Shown: in pieces, positions 1 through 8,411 of the stretch
How positions within the stretch are numbered: position 1 is the stretch's first letter
Layout: every line of letters begins with the position of its first letter
Translations under genes and position numbers: made by a program
The notes under the pieces: generated by a model
Seen by the model: the letters and a program-made list of their open reading frames with translations, nothing else
What the model was told of the DNA's origin: nothing
The model's database searches: none
DNA from: an uncultured virus (IMG/VR IMGVR_UViG_3300047295_000025)
Taxonomy: Duplodnaviria; Heunggongvirae; Uroviricota; Caudoviricetes; Schitoviridae
Length of the DNA stretch: 20,000 bases
Direction: 5' to 3' (one strand)
Virus record (IMG/VR): IMGVR_UViG_3300047295_000025

Positions 1-3000
1 TGGGGTGAGAGCAAGGCACCTTTCGTTGACAAGTCGATCTATTCGAACCTGGCTTTCAACACTGCCATTCTCATGAGCAGCACAAGGACTGTTCGTGCAG
101 AGCTGTCCGACACTGTGCTCTATCAGAGCAACGCTTTTGGTCGTGATGATCGTCTGACCAAGCTGCGTGCTCAGTTCGACAATAAGGTGGCTGTGCTGAT
201 CAACGAGGTGGCTGACCCAATCCAGAAGGATACGGCCAAGAACGCTGTGAGTGCGGCTGTGCAGAAGGCGGCTGATGTTACCGCCTCCTTCCAGTCTCAC
301 GGTTTCCCGATGACGATGCAGGAAGCTTCGACTTTCCAGTCGATGGTGGCTGCGTTCATGGCTGATGCCGAGCTGAACCCCGTCACGCTGAACAGCCTTC
401 AGAAGATCTACACGAACGTGATGGAGCAGCTGTCGGTTGAGACCTTCATGAAGGATCCTCAGGGCACCGACCCGGCTGACCGTTTCCAAGCCCAAGAGAA
501 GTTCAACTCTCTGGCTGGTGACTTCGGTCTGGAATACGACAGTGCTGGTCGTTCGACCCTGCTGCCTGCTTTCTTGGCTCTGGCCAACACAAACAACACG
601 TTCCGTGCTGTGCTCGCTGACATCAAGATGCCGAAGACTGGCCTTGAGAAGTGGAACACGGTGGACAACGTGCTGACCAACGTGGGTGTACTGACGATGG
701 ATCGTCTGGCCAGCACGATGGCTGGTGCTGATCGCAAGGCTACCAGAGTCACGGCTGCGATTGATGCCCTGACGAATGTGCTCGCCCAGTCTGCCGAGGA
801 CCAGAAGAGCTTCGTGGTTCAGAAGGGTCTGTACAAGATCTCGGGAGCTGTAAACGCTGCCAACGACTACCTCGTAAAGAACGTGCAGGACTTCTCCAGC
901 AAGGCGATTGACGTGCTGACGGATGTCCAGAACACCTCTTCGAACAAGGTCGTGAAAGACGCTGCTGCTGTGGGCAAGGTCATCGCTTCGGTGGTAAATA
1001 TCGAGCGTTCTGACAGTGTGGCTGCTGGCCTCATGTCTATGCTGAACCAAGGTCGGATCTGGAAGCCTCTTCACGATCTGGTGAATGAGTTTGTTGGCTC
1101 CACTGACGAGAATTGGGACATCACCAGCATGGTGAAGTCGGTGAAGACTGTGGTTCAGCAAGCTCGCCAACAGTTCCGTGAGCAGCTGCCTGAGATCATT
1201 GCTGAGAAGTTCAGCCGTGAGCTGGCTGACAACGAATGGACGGAGATGTTCATTTCCTTCGGTCGCACTGATCTGGCTTCTCTGAAGTCCAGCCTATCTA
1301 CTCAGGAGATCTTGCGTCTGGTGAGCGACAACAACGCACTACTGGCTGAGATCAGCAGGATTGAGGGCCGGATCCAAGGATCTGATCCCAAGCGTTGGGC
1401 TACGCTCCAGCGGAAGTCGGACGAGCTGGCTCAGTTCATGATGCACGGCAAGGTGTCGGGGAACCTCCTCCGTAACGCCTACGCTGTGGCTCGCCTGTTC
1501 GGTGAAGCTGGTGTGATCAAGACGGGCGATCCTGATCCCCGTCTGGTCTCGGACATCGATCAACTGGTTTCCCTGTATGCCCTGAACCTGACGGAACAGA
1601 GCACCAAGGATGCTATGGCAAAGCTGGTTGAGAATGAGGCTGAAGGCCTTGACTTCACCCTGTCTTATCTCGTCGGTCAGAGACTGGATGAGCAAGTGAA
1701 GATCAGCACGCTCGAAGCCAAGCTGAACCACTACAAGGGTTACATTCCTACGGACAATGCTCAGGGTCTGAGCCTTATCGTGGCTGATGACGCAGAGTTC
1801 TCCGGTCTGAGGCTGAAAGGGTTCAAACGTGTTGGTGATTATGCTGGTTCGGTCGCAGAAGGTCCCCTTCACAAGAAGGGATACTACTTCGCACCAGTCT
1901 CAGGCCTCTCAACCTACAACCAAGGTATCGTACAGAATGTGCGTCCCACGGCCTCAGGAGTGGATCCTGTAACTGGTTTCACCTACGGAACGAAGATGGT
2001 TGCTGGTCGGATAGTGGATCCGATCCATGTGAAGAAGATCACTCTGCGTCGCTCACTAAATGAAAAAGCCACCGAGCCTCTGATGCCGATCTTTGGATCG
2101 AACGGTGAGGTGGTGGCTTATGAACGCAGCATCGACGCCAAGCAGGAAATCCGCTTGGAGAAGAACACTCACCTTGGTGAGATGATCGGTGCATGGCGTG
2201 GTCGTCAGGCTGAAGAGGCTATGGCTGGTGCCTTCAATCAGGTGCTGATCGAGCGTCTGAAGAAGATGTACGACATCGACGTGAAGGCTGGTCGTGGTGG
2301 CGAATACATCGACCTGTACGACAAGAAGAGCCTGAAGGATCCAGTCCTTGAGGAGGCTGTCACTCTGATGACGAGAGAGACCCGCCAATTCATCAAGCAG
2401 ACCTTCGGTGGTTCAACCTTCATGGTTCGCAAGGACATGTTGAACGATGTGGTGGGTTATCGTCAGGCCTCCATTGGAGACATGTGGACGGGGAATAGCA
2501 GGATCTCTGAGGAAGCTCAGAAGTCAATTCGTCGTGCTGCTATCGGTGTCTTCGGTGCTGACGCCTATCAGAAGATGGTCAATGCTGAGAAATTCCATCA
2601 GAACGTCATCTCGGCTGCCCGTATTCTGATCGTCGTGAAGTCGGTGGTGGTTCCGGTCTCGAACGTGATCTCGAACATCTACCAGCTGACTGCTCGGGGT
2701 GTGCCTCTGATCGACACGCTGAAGAAGCTGCCTGCCAAGACGGCAGAAGTGGACCAGTATGTGAAGAACCGCCTTCGTCAGATTGAGGTCGAAGCTGAGC
2801 TTCGTGCTGCGACTGGTGATCTGGTCAAGACCCGCAAGCTCAGCACTGAGCTTCAGGGGATCAACGATGCGAACCGCCGTATGTCGATCTGGCCTCTTAT
2901 TGAGGCTGGCGAGTTCAGCTCCATCTCTGAGGGTGGCATCACCCATGATGAGCTGGCTTTGGCTGAGGGTCGTCTGACGGACTACATCGAGGGTCTGACT

Positions 3001-3492
3001 GAGAAGCTGCCTGAAGCCATCAAGACGGCTGGCAAGTATGCTCTGATCACCAAGGACACTGCTCTATTCAAGGGGCTTGCCCGTGCGATCGAATACGGCG
3101 ACTTCCTTGCCAAGGCGGTGCTGTATGATGACCTGACCATTCGTCAGAAGCTCACTCATGATCAGGCTATTCGTGGCGTGACTGAGGAGTTCATCAACTA
3201 TGATCGTCTCCCAGGCAGAGGCCGGGGTTATCTGGAGAGCATGGGGATCCTGTGGTTCTGGAACTTCAAGATCCGTGCGACCAAGGTTGCAATCTCGATG
3301 GTTCGCCATAATCCCCTCCAGACGCTGCTGGCTACGGTGGCTCCGACGCCCCCGATGTTCGGTAGTGTGGGTCTGCCCGTGTCGGACAACATCTTCTCCA
3401 TCACGGCAGAAGGTGCTCTGGGTAACTCTGTGGGCCTCGGGCAGGCCTTCAGGGCACCCTTCCTGAACCCTTGGGTGCAGATCACTACCTGA
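1..3492 (+). CDS. Virion-encapsidated RNA polymerase (N4 gp50-like), C-terminal part; 5' end lies outside the window
   Basis: Frame is open from base 1 (WGESKAPFVDKSIYSNLAFNTAIL precedes the ATG at 73). I found no cysteine in >1,160 codons, a hallmark of N4 vRNAP. C-terminal motifs resemble the vRNAP tail (YGDFLAKAVLYD, EEFINYDRLPGRGRGYLESMGILWFWNFKIR, NPW). It converges on an N4-type replication cluster. Confidence 0.92.
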   Translation, partial: WGESKAPFVDKSIYSNLAFNTAILMSSTRTVRAELSDTVLYQSNAFGRDDRLTKLRAQFDNKVAVLINEVADPIQKDTAKNAVSAAVQKAADVTASFQSHGFPMTMQEASTFQSMVAAFMADAELNPVTLNSLQKIYTNVMEQLSVETFMKDPQGTDPADRFQAQEKFNSLAGDFGLEYDSAGRSTLLPAFLALANTNNTFRAVLADIKMPKTGLEKWNTVDNVLTNVGVLTMDRLASTMAGADRKATRVTAAIDALTNVLAQSAEDQKSFVVQKGLYKISGAVNAANDYLVKNVQDFSSKAIDVLTDVQNTSSNKVVKDAAAVGKVIASVVNIERSDSVAAGLMSMLNQGRIWKPLHDLVNEFVGSTDENWDITSMVKSVKTVVQQARQQFREQLPEIIAEKFSRELADNEWTEMFISFGRTDLASLKSSLSTQEILRLVSDNNALLAEISRIEGRIQGSDPKRWATLQRKSDELAQFMMHGKVSGNLLRNAYAVARLFGEAGVIKTGDPDPRLVSDIDQLVSLYALNLTEQSTKDAMAKLVENEAEGLDFTLSYLVGQRLDEQVKISTLEAKLNHYKGYIPTDNAQGLSLIVADDAEFSGLRLKGFKRVGDYAGSVAEGPLHKKGYYFAPVSGLSTYNQGIVQNVRPTASGVDPVTGFTYGTKMVAGRIVDPIHVKKITLRRSLNEKATEPLMPIFGSNGEVVAYERSIDAKQEIRLEKNTHLGEMIGAWRGRQAEEAMAGAFNQVLIERLKKMYDIDVKAGRGGEYIDLYDKKSLKDPVLEEAVTLMTRETRQFIKQTFGGSTFMVRKDMLNDVVGYRQASIGDMWTGNSRISEEAQKSIRRAAIGVFGADAYQKMVNAEKFHQNVISAARILIVVKSVVVPVSNVISNIYQLTARGVPLIDTLKKLPAKTAEVDQYVKNRLRQIEVEAELRAATGDLVKTRKLSTELQGINDANRRMSIWPLIEAGEFSSISEGGITHDELALAEGRLTDYIEGLTEKLPEAIKTAGKYALITKDTALFKGLARAIEYGDFLAKAVLYDDLTIRQKLTHDQAIRGVTEEFINYDRLPGRGRGYLESMGILWFWNFKIRATKVAISMVRHNPLQTLLATVAPTPPMFGSVGLPVSDNIFSITAEGALGNSVGLGQAFRAPFLNPWVQITT

Positions 3493-3494
3493 TC

Positions 3495-3528
3495 AAGAAA
3501 AAGCCCCCAGAGCGAACTCTGGGGGCTT
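3495..3528 (-). terminator. Intrinsic terminator between convergent genes (probably bidirectional)
   Basis: Perfect 12-bp stem AAGCCCCCAGAG / CTCTGGGGGCTT (3501-3528). The loop reads UUCG on the minus strand and is followed by a U-rich tail (TTTTTCTT). The + strand has only a weaker pyrimidine tail. Confidence 0.88.
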
Positions 3529-3534
3529 CCTTGC

Positions 3535-3711
3535 CTATTCGGCTTTTCGGTTGGGTAGGATGGAAGCGAGGAGAACCAACAACCCCGCTACACATCCGAT
3601 CCCGAACAGAACTGCCAAGAGTGGCAACAGAAAGATGATGATGCTGCCGATGAGGTAGATCACAGCTGCGATCACGAACAGGCCTAGCATCACAAGGATG
3701 AGCTTGTTCAT
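3535..3711 (-). CDS. Small hydrophobic membrane protein, 58 aa (MNKLILVMLGLFVIAAVIYLIGSIIIFLLPLLAVLFGIGCVAGLLVLLASILPNRKAE)
   Basis: Translated by hand; below the ORF-track cutoff. It fills the gap between the stop at 3721 and the terminator. GGAGG lies just upstream with short spacing. About 50 continuous apolar residues end in a charged C-terminus. Confidence 0.75.
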   Translation of the reverse strand: MNKLILVMLGLFVIAAVIYLIGSIIIFLLPLLAVLFGIGCVAGLLVLLASILPNRKAE

Positions 3712-3720
3712 CCCTCCGTC

Positions 3721-4539
3721 TTACGCAGCGCCGGCGAACAGCGACTTGCGGGCTTCAGCCGGAGCTTCAGCAGCCTCAGCCGTTTCCGACTGGACTTCAT
3801 CAGCGACGGCTTCGGCAGCAGCCGTGGTATCGACAGCAGCAGCAACGTCAGCTGCAACAGTTCCCGTCATGGGAGCTGCTTCAGGACGAGCAGCAACCGG
3901 ACCACGGGTCTGGGCGACAGGAGCCGCCTTGGTTTCCGTGGCAGCCGGAGTGCCGTTGGTGATCTCGATGTCAGCCATGAAGCCTTCGGCTCCACGAGTG
4001 GCACGCAGATCGATGGTGATCTCAGAGCCTTCCTTGACGGAGATCTGGCTCAGGATGTGAGCTTTGATCGCGTCATGGATTTCAGACTCGACGATGGTAA
4101 TCCGCATGGGATCATCCTCTTCAGATTGGGTTTGGGTCAGGTCGAATTCTCCCGGTTGATCGAGAGTGAGAGTCACCTCAGCCCTTGGATTAACGGGATC
4201 CACATGCCCATACTCGAACTTGATCGTTAGAACAATCTTGTGATTGTCATCAGAGAGAACTTTCTCAGCGACAAGACAGTCGCAGAAAAACTTATCGATG
4301 ATGCACAGCACGTTAGCTGTGTCCAACTCCGCCTTCGTTCTGGGAAATAGGGTGTAGGTGAGGTGGACAGGTCCCAGATTACGCGGGATTCTGGCCAGAA
4401 GCGGCTTTACTAGAGCCGCGTAGTTCACCTTAGCTTTGGAAAGCGTCTGGTGATGTGTGTTTCGATAGACGTTCAGGTTCAACATGAACCTTTTGTTTTT
4501 CGAAACTTGCACGAACAGCGGAAGCGAAATGGTCCACAT
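3721..4539 (-). CDS. RusA-like Holliday junction resolvase domain (N-terminal ~130 aa) fused in frame to a second phage domain with an Ala/acidic tail
   Basis: RusA-like signature LDTANVLCIIDKFFCDCLV...LSDDN...VDPVNPRAEVTL. A second ATG at 4107 (MRITIVESEI...) has its own GAGGA Shine-Dalgarno. The gene lies downstream of SSB, as in N4-like phages. Confidence 0.72.
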   Translation of the reverse strand: MWTISLPLFVQVSKNKRFMLNLNVYRNTHHQTLSKAKVNYAALVKPLLARIPRNLGPVHLTYTLFPRTKAELDTANVLCIIDKFFCDCLVAEKVLSDDNHKIVLTIKFEYGHVDPVNPRAEVTLTLDQPGEFDLTQTQSEEDDPMRITIVESEIHDAIKAHILSQISVKEGSEITIDLRATRGAEGFMADIEITNGTPAATETKAAPVAQTRGPVAARPEAAPMTGTVAADVAAAVDTTAAAEAVADEVQSETAEAAEAPAEARKSLFAGAA

Positions 4540-4579
4540 ACAGTGATGACCCCTAGAGTTAACTAGGGGCCATCCTGTA
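4539..4579 (-). promoter_or_regulatory. RNA stem-loop overlapping the translation initiation region of the resolvase gene
   Basis: Minus strand reads TACAG-GATGGCCCCTAG-TTAACT-CTAGGGGTCATC-A-CTGTA(TG): a 12-bp stem with one G·U plus a 5-bp extension that includes the A of the ATG. No U-tract. Confidence 0.55.
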
Positions 4580-4613
4580 GTCAGTAGAACAGATCAGAGC
4601 AATCGTATTCTGC

Positions 4614-5372
4614 TCAGTTCTTCGCACCGAAGAGGCTCTGACGGGGAGCACCGCCACCGCCCGATTGGGGAGCACCACCCAGCTTGGCCGAGGAGCCAGC
4701 TTGGCCGTCCTTGATCGTCCGCTTGTCGCGGGTCTGACCACGGTTCTTCTCGACCCACGCAGGGTGGAAGACAGCGGTTGCCGTGGTGTTGTTCTCGGCA
4801 GCCGTCTGGGCTTCAACCACAGTCAGCTTGGTGGCCGTGTCGAACACCTTGTCGATACTGACTTCCTCACGGGTGTCAGCGACAGGAACGTACTCGTCGC
4901 CCTGCTTCTGGGTCTTGTTGACCAGCGTTTTGACGAGGCCGAGGGTGACCTTGGCATCCGTCAGCTCGGTGAGAACGTGGACAGACTTCGGCACTTCGCG
5001 CTTGGCGTCGTAGTCGTAGATCTTGACCATCTTCTCTTCGGTCGCTTGGGCATGGAGTTCCTTGCCCGTAGCGATCAGGCAGAGGTCGTTGATCGTGGTG
5101 AAGCCCGGGAGCGGGATACGCTTGGTGGCGTCCTGCTTGTTCGGGAACCAGTTCTCACCCTGCTTGTTGGTGATCCAGATGGTCTCACGGTATTCCTGGC
5201 CACCGATGTCAGCGACGACAGCGATGCCCTTGGCTCCAGAGTTCGCAGCGTCAACCGCGTACATGACCTTGATCTGGGCGTCGTAGCTGTCCGTGTTGGG
5301 TTGTGAGAACCCGCCCAGACGGTCTTCGGTCTTTTCGAGACCTTCAGTTTTCAGATTGCCGAAAAGCGACAT
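4614..5372 (-). CDS. ssb: N4-type single-stranded DNA-binding protein (gp45-like)
   Basis: Closely resembles N4SSB throughout: MSLFGNL, EYRETIWIT, LPGFTTINDL, EEKMVKIYDYDAKREVPKSV, WVEKNRGQTRDK, and a Gly-rich linker ending in SLFGAKN. AAGGA SD upstream. Confidence 0.93.
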   Translation of the reverse strand: MSLFGNLKTEGLEKTEDRLGGFSQPNTDSYDAQIKVMYAVDAANSGAKGIAVVADIGGQEYRETIWITNKQGENWFPNKQDATKRIPLPGFTTINDLCLIATGKELHAQATEEKMVKIYDYDAKREVPKSVHVLTELTDAKVTLGLVKTLVNKTQKQGDEYVPVADTREEVSIDKVFDTATKLTVVEAQTAAENNTTATAVFHPAWVEKNRGQTRDKRTIKDGQAGSSAKLGGAPQSGGGGAPRQSLFGAKN

Positions 5373-5428
5373 GATCTGTTCCTTCGATGGTTGATGTGAT
5401 TGTCGGGATCGTCCCTCCGACAGAGGGT

Positions 5429-6181
5429 TTAGTGGCTGTAGAACTTGTCGAGGTGGTCCAACAGCAACTGTGCATCGTTGTCCATGAAGGTCTGTTCCCG
5501 AGAGAACATCCCCATAGGAGAGCGAATGCGTTCGCCAACCGTCTTGGCGGTGGGACGAGTCTGGAAGACGTGCTTGTAGCCCAGTTCCTTGTCTTCGTCC
5601 GTGATGGTCAGGAGGTCAGAACCGTAGGCCTCAAGGGTCTTCAGGTCCATTCGTTTGGCAGATACCACAGTCGAGAAGTAGGCTTCGATGCCGTTATTCT
5701 TGAGGGCACCCTTGATCGGGACGGTAGTCTTGATCTCCATCGCCTTCTCGTCCAGCTCATCTTTGACGTGAGCCAAGAAAAGAACTGGGATCGGTAGAAC
5801 AGAGACCATCTCTTGCATCATGGTCTTGAAGAACTGCTGGTATTGCTGCCAGCCGTCCATCGTATTCGCAGACCTGATTACATACTGGGTCTCGAACATT
5901 TCCATGAGGAACGTGAGAGTGTCTACGATGACTCCTTCCCGCTTCATGGTGCCATCGACCAGTGCTCGCATACCCTCGTGGACTTGGTACGGATCAGAGA
6001 TCGTATAGCTGTCGAACTTGTTTCTGAACGGGAGGCGCTTGCCTGCTTCGCAGTTCAGGTACATCCAGTCTTGCTGGTTTCGGATGTTCCGCAGAGATGC
6101 GGATTTGCCCCCTGTGGAGGCACCTACGATCAGAGCGAGCTGATCGTTGGTGTTTACTGGGATAGTTTCAGCTTCACTCAT
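5429..6181 (-). CDS. AAA/P-loop ATPase, Sak4-like ssDNA annealing protein (N4 gp44-like), ~250 aa
   Basis: Walker A GASTGGKS, Walker B VIVDTLT, and GALKNNGIEAYFSTVV. Start reassigned to ATG 6181 because AGGA lies upstream and the longer ORF overlaps the primase gene and an intergenic hairpin. Confidence 0.85.
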   Translation of the reverse strand: MSEAETIPVNTNDQLALIVGASTGGKSASLRNIRNQQDWMYLNCEAGKRLPFRNKFDSYTISDPYQVHEGMRALVDGTMKREGVIVDTLTFLMEMFETQYVIRSANTMDGWQQYQQFFKTMMQEMVSVLPIPVLFLAHVKDELDEKAMEIKTTVPIKGALKNNGIEAYFSTVVSAKRMDLKTLEAYGSDLLTITDEDKELGYKHVFQTRPTAKTVGERIRSPMGMFSREQTFMDNDAQLLLDHLDKFYSH

Positions 6182-6204
6182 GATGAGTTCCTGTTCGGGG
6201 GTGG

Positions 6205-6250
6205 TGTCATGATCCCCAACCAAACAAAAGAATGGCTGGGGACCGAGACA
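6205..6250 (-). promoter_or_regulatory. Intergenic stem-loop between primase and ATPase genes
   Basis: Minus strand GGTCCCCAGCCA-(10-nt loop)-TGGTTGGGGATC gives 12 bp with two G·U pairs, plus outer TGTC/GACA. No downstream U-tract. Confidence 0.5.
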
Positions 6251-6251
6251 G

Positions 6252-8411
6252 TTAACGGCTTGCGTCTTGGAACCGCTTCGCCACGGTTTGAAGAACCGTA
6301 GCGTTGATCTCATCCTCAGAGAGAGGATTGTTCAGCGCCTTGTTGAAGGAGTGAACGCGATCATTGACCTGACGCAGATCCATCTGGCCGGAGTCCACAA
6401 GAGCCAAGGCGTACTTGATCATGTGGTTGTTCCGGTTGCCCGAAGCGATTCGTTGAGCGAACCACCGTTCCAGATTATCGAGGCTGTCGAGCTTCTGGAT
6501 CTGAGTTCTGTGGGTCTCATTCCTTGAGGTCTTCGGAATGAAGTCCAAGATGTCGAGCAGCTCACCTTCCATGTTGTAGTGATACTGACCACCGTGGAAT
6601 GTTTCCCACTTCTTGGCTCTCTGGTTCGCACTCTCATCCGTATTGAACGGCAGCCAGTTCATGATCTGGTTCATGAACTCCTTGTACTCTTCGGTGTCGA
6701 GATACAGGGTGTGCGTCATCGGGATGATCAGTCGGAAGCGGTTCTCCTCAGGAGAGTGACGCTTCGTCGTGTAGGTCATGAACTTGAACTCCTTCATGAG
6801 TTCGTGTGCCGTGTTGAGGTTTACACCTCCGTCCACGTCAATCACGATCATGTTGAAGCCAGCGATCACCTTGTCCTCGGACCTGTGCTGGTCCTTGAAC
6901 TGGTGATTACACCAGTGCATTCCCTGAGCTTGGGTCAGGAGATGGAGCTTGTCGAACGGGACCTCCTCGCCTGCGTAGTGGTAGGCCCAGTGGTCCGAGT
7001 ACGACAGACGCATCTTGTTCAGATCCGTCTCCTCAAGGGTTTCACCCTTGAAGAACTCGATGGTGTCCACGAACGTCTTCTTGATGACGATGTGGTGCTT
7101 GTAGCCCCACGCCGTAGCGAGAGCCATTTGCTCCTGACGAGCAGCGTTGCCGCTCTTGTAGAAGGGCAGAGCTTCGAGAAGGTCAGTGTGAGTGACCTCT
7201 TTGCCGACCGCAGCGATGTAGCGAGCCAGTTTAACGTAGGTCTTCTCTCTGTTCAGAATCGTCTGGAAAGCTGCTCCAGACTCCTCAACCAGCTTGATAG
7301 CTGACATGAGATGACCCATCTCGACTTCTGAGGATGCGTCCACGAACGCGAAGGCACCCGCAAGCTTAAGTGCCTTGAAGTAGCGGTGAGAGAGTTCAGC
7401 TTTCTTGATCTCTTCGTGTTCAGGAAGTGCATCAGCAGCCCTCTCGCATTGGATCTTGTAGGTAAGCAGTCGGATGGCCACTGCGTCTTCAACGATCATC
7501 TTCCAGCCGTGCATGGAAGGATCTGCCAGCGAATGGAAGTGGGCAGACCACTTCTGGATCGTCTGGAGGTTCACAGGCTGGATGAGGCGATCATAGATCT
7601 CCTCAGGGGTGTCCGTGTCGTAGGGACGATGACGGTGCTGTCCGAAGCCGAAGATGCAGCGACGAGCATAGCCCGTGTCCAGCATGGAGTAGAACTGGTC
7701 TTCCGTCATGCTGCCGTCGAGAAGCTTGGAGGGCGTTCCGAAGAGCAGCATGTTGGTCGGCGTCTTGCCATCCAGCTCATCACCACGTTGGTTCTCAGCT
7801 GTGTTCTTGGTCAGCTTCTGCTTGACCATGCCCTGATCGTACAGCTCCAGGAACAGAGTGAGCACGTCTTGAGCACCGATCAGATTGGATCCGATCTCAT
7901 CGATCTGAAGGTTGATCGAGCCACAGCCTGACATCAGCAGCTTGTGTCTCAGCTGCTTCACGGCTGGTGGAGTACCGGAGTCGAAGGTGAACGGGAATGC
8001 ACCTGCTGCCTTGAACTCTTTCTCCAGCTTGGTGAACTCTTCTTGCTGGTCGGTGCCGTTACGAGCTGCTCGCTCGTTGGCCATGTTCCACAGCTGCTGT
8101 TCAGCCAGCACGTCGAAGGTGTTCTCCATGAACCGTCGCTTGAACGGTGCCATGAATTCGGTCTCGATGATGTTGACCGAGTGGCCCTTGCCGAAGCCAG
8201 AGGTGGCCAGAGCCAGAGCGTAGATGTTGACCGGGATTTCACCTCGGTCTTTGGTGACGATGACGGCTCGCATGGTGGATGCCATCTTCGCAAGGAAATA
8301 GGCGACCTCAGCTCTGAAGAAGCCTTGGTCTGTGTTCTGGGTCTTGGCACACAGCACATCCACCATGTCTTGGAGTGCTGGATGGTGCTCGACGTTTGAC
8401 AGGTCAATCAC
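6252..8411 (-). CDS. DNA primase/helicase (N4 gp43-like): N-terminal P-loop domain, C-terminal primase-like and PriCT-like region
   Basis: Walker A-like ATSGFGKG and LQIDEIG; C-terminal IVIDVDGG, YTTKRH, RFRLIIP, GNRNN. The likely start is GTG at 8411, overlapping the upstream TGA (GTGA). Confidence 0.88.
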   Translation of the reverse strand: MIDLSNVEHHPALQDMVDVLCAKTQNTDQGFFRAEVAYFLAKMASTMRAVIVTKDRGEIPVNIYALALATSGFGKGHSVNIIETEFMAPFKRRFMENTFDVLAEQQLWNMANERAARNGTDQQEEFTKLEKEFKAAGAFPFTFDSGTPPAVKQLRHKLLMSGCGSINLQIDEIGSNLIGAQDVLTLFLELYDQGMVKQKLTKNTAENQRGDELDGKTPTNMLLFGTPSKLLDGSMTEDQFYSMLDTGYARRCIFGFGQHRHRPYDTDTPEEIYDRLIQPVNLQTIQKWSAHFHSLADPSMHGWKMIVEDAVAIRLLTYKIQCERAADALPEHEEIKKAELSHRYFKALKLAGAFAFVDASSEVEMGHLMSAIKLVEESGAAFQTILNREKTYVKLARYIAAVGKEVTHTDLLEALPFYKSGNAARQEQMALATAWGYKHHIVIKKTFVDTIEFFKGETLEETDLNKMRLSYSDHWAYHYAGEEVPFDKLHLLTQAQGMHWCNHQFKDQHRSEDKVIAGFNMIVIDVDGGVNLNTAHELMKEFKFMTYTTKRHSPEENRFRLIIPMTHTLYLDTEEYKEFMNQIMNWLPFNTDESANQRAKKWETFHGGQYHYNMEGELLDILDFIPKTSRNETHRTQIQKLDSLDNLERWFAQRIASGNRNNHMIKYALALVDSGQMDLRQVNDRVHSFNKALNNPLSEDEINATVLQTVAKRFQDASR

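Noticed and set aside
5401..5422. Small inverted repeat TGTCGG...CCGACA upstream of ssb
   Set aside because: Only a 6-8 bp stem with no U-tract; too weak to call on its own.
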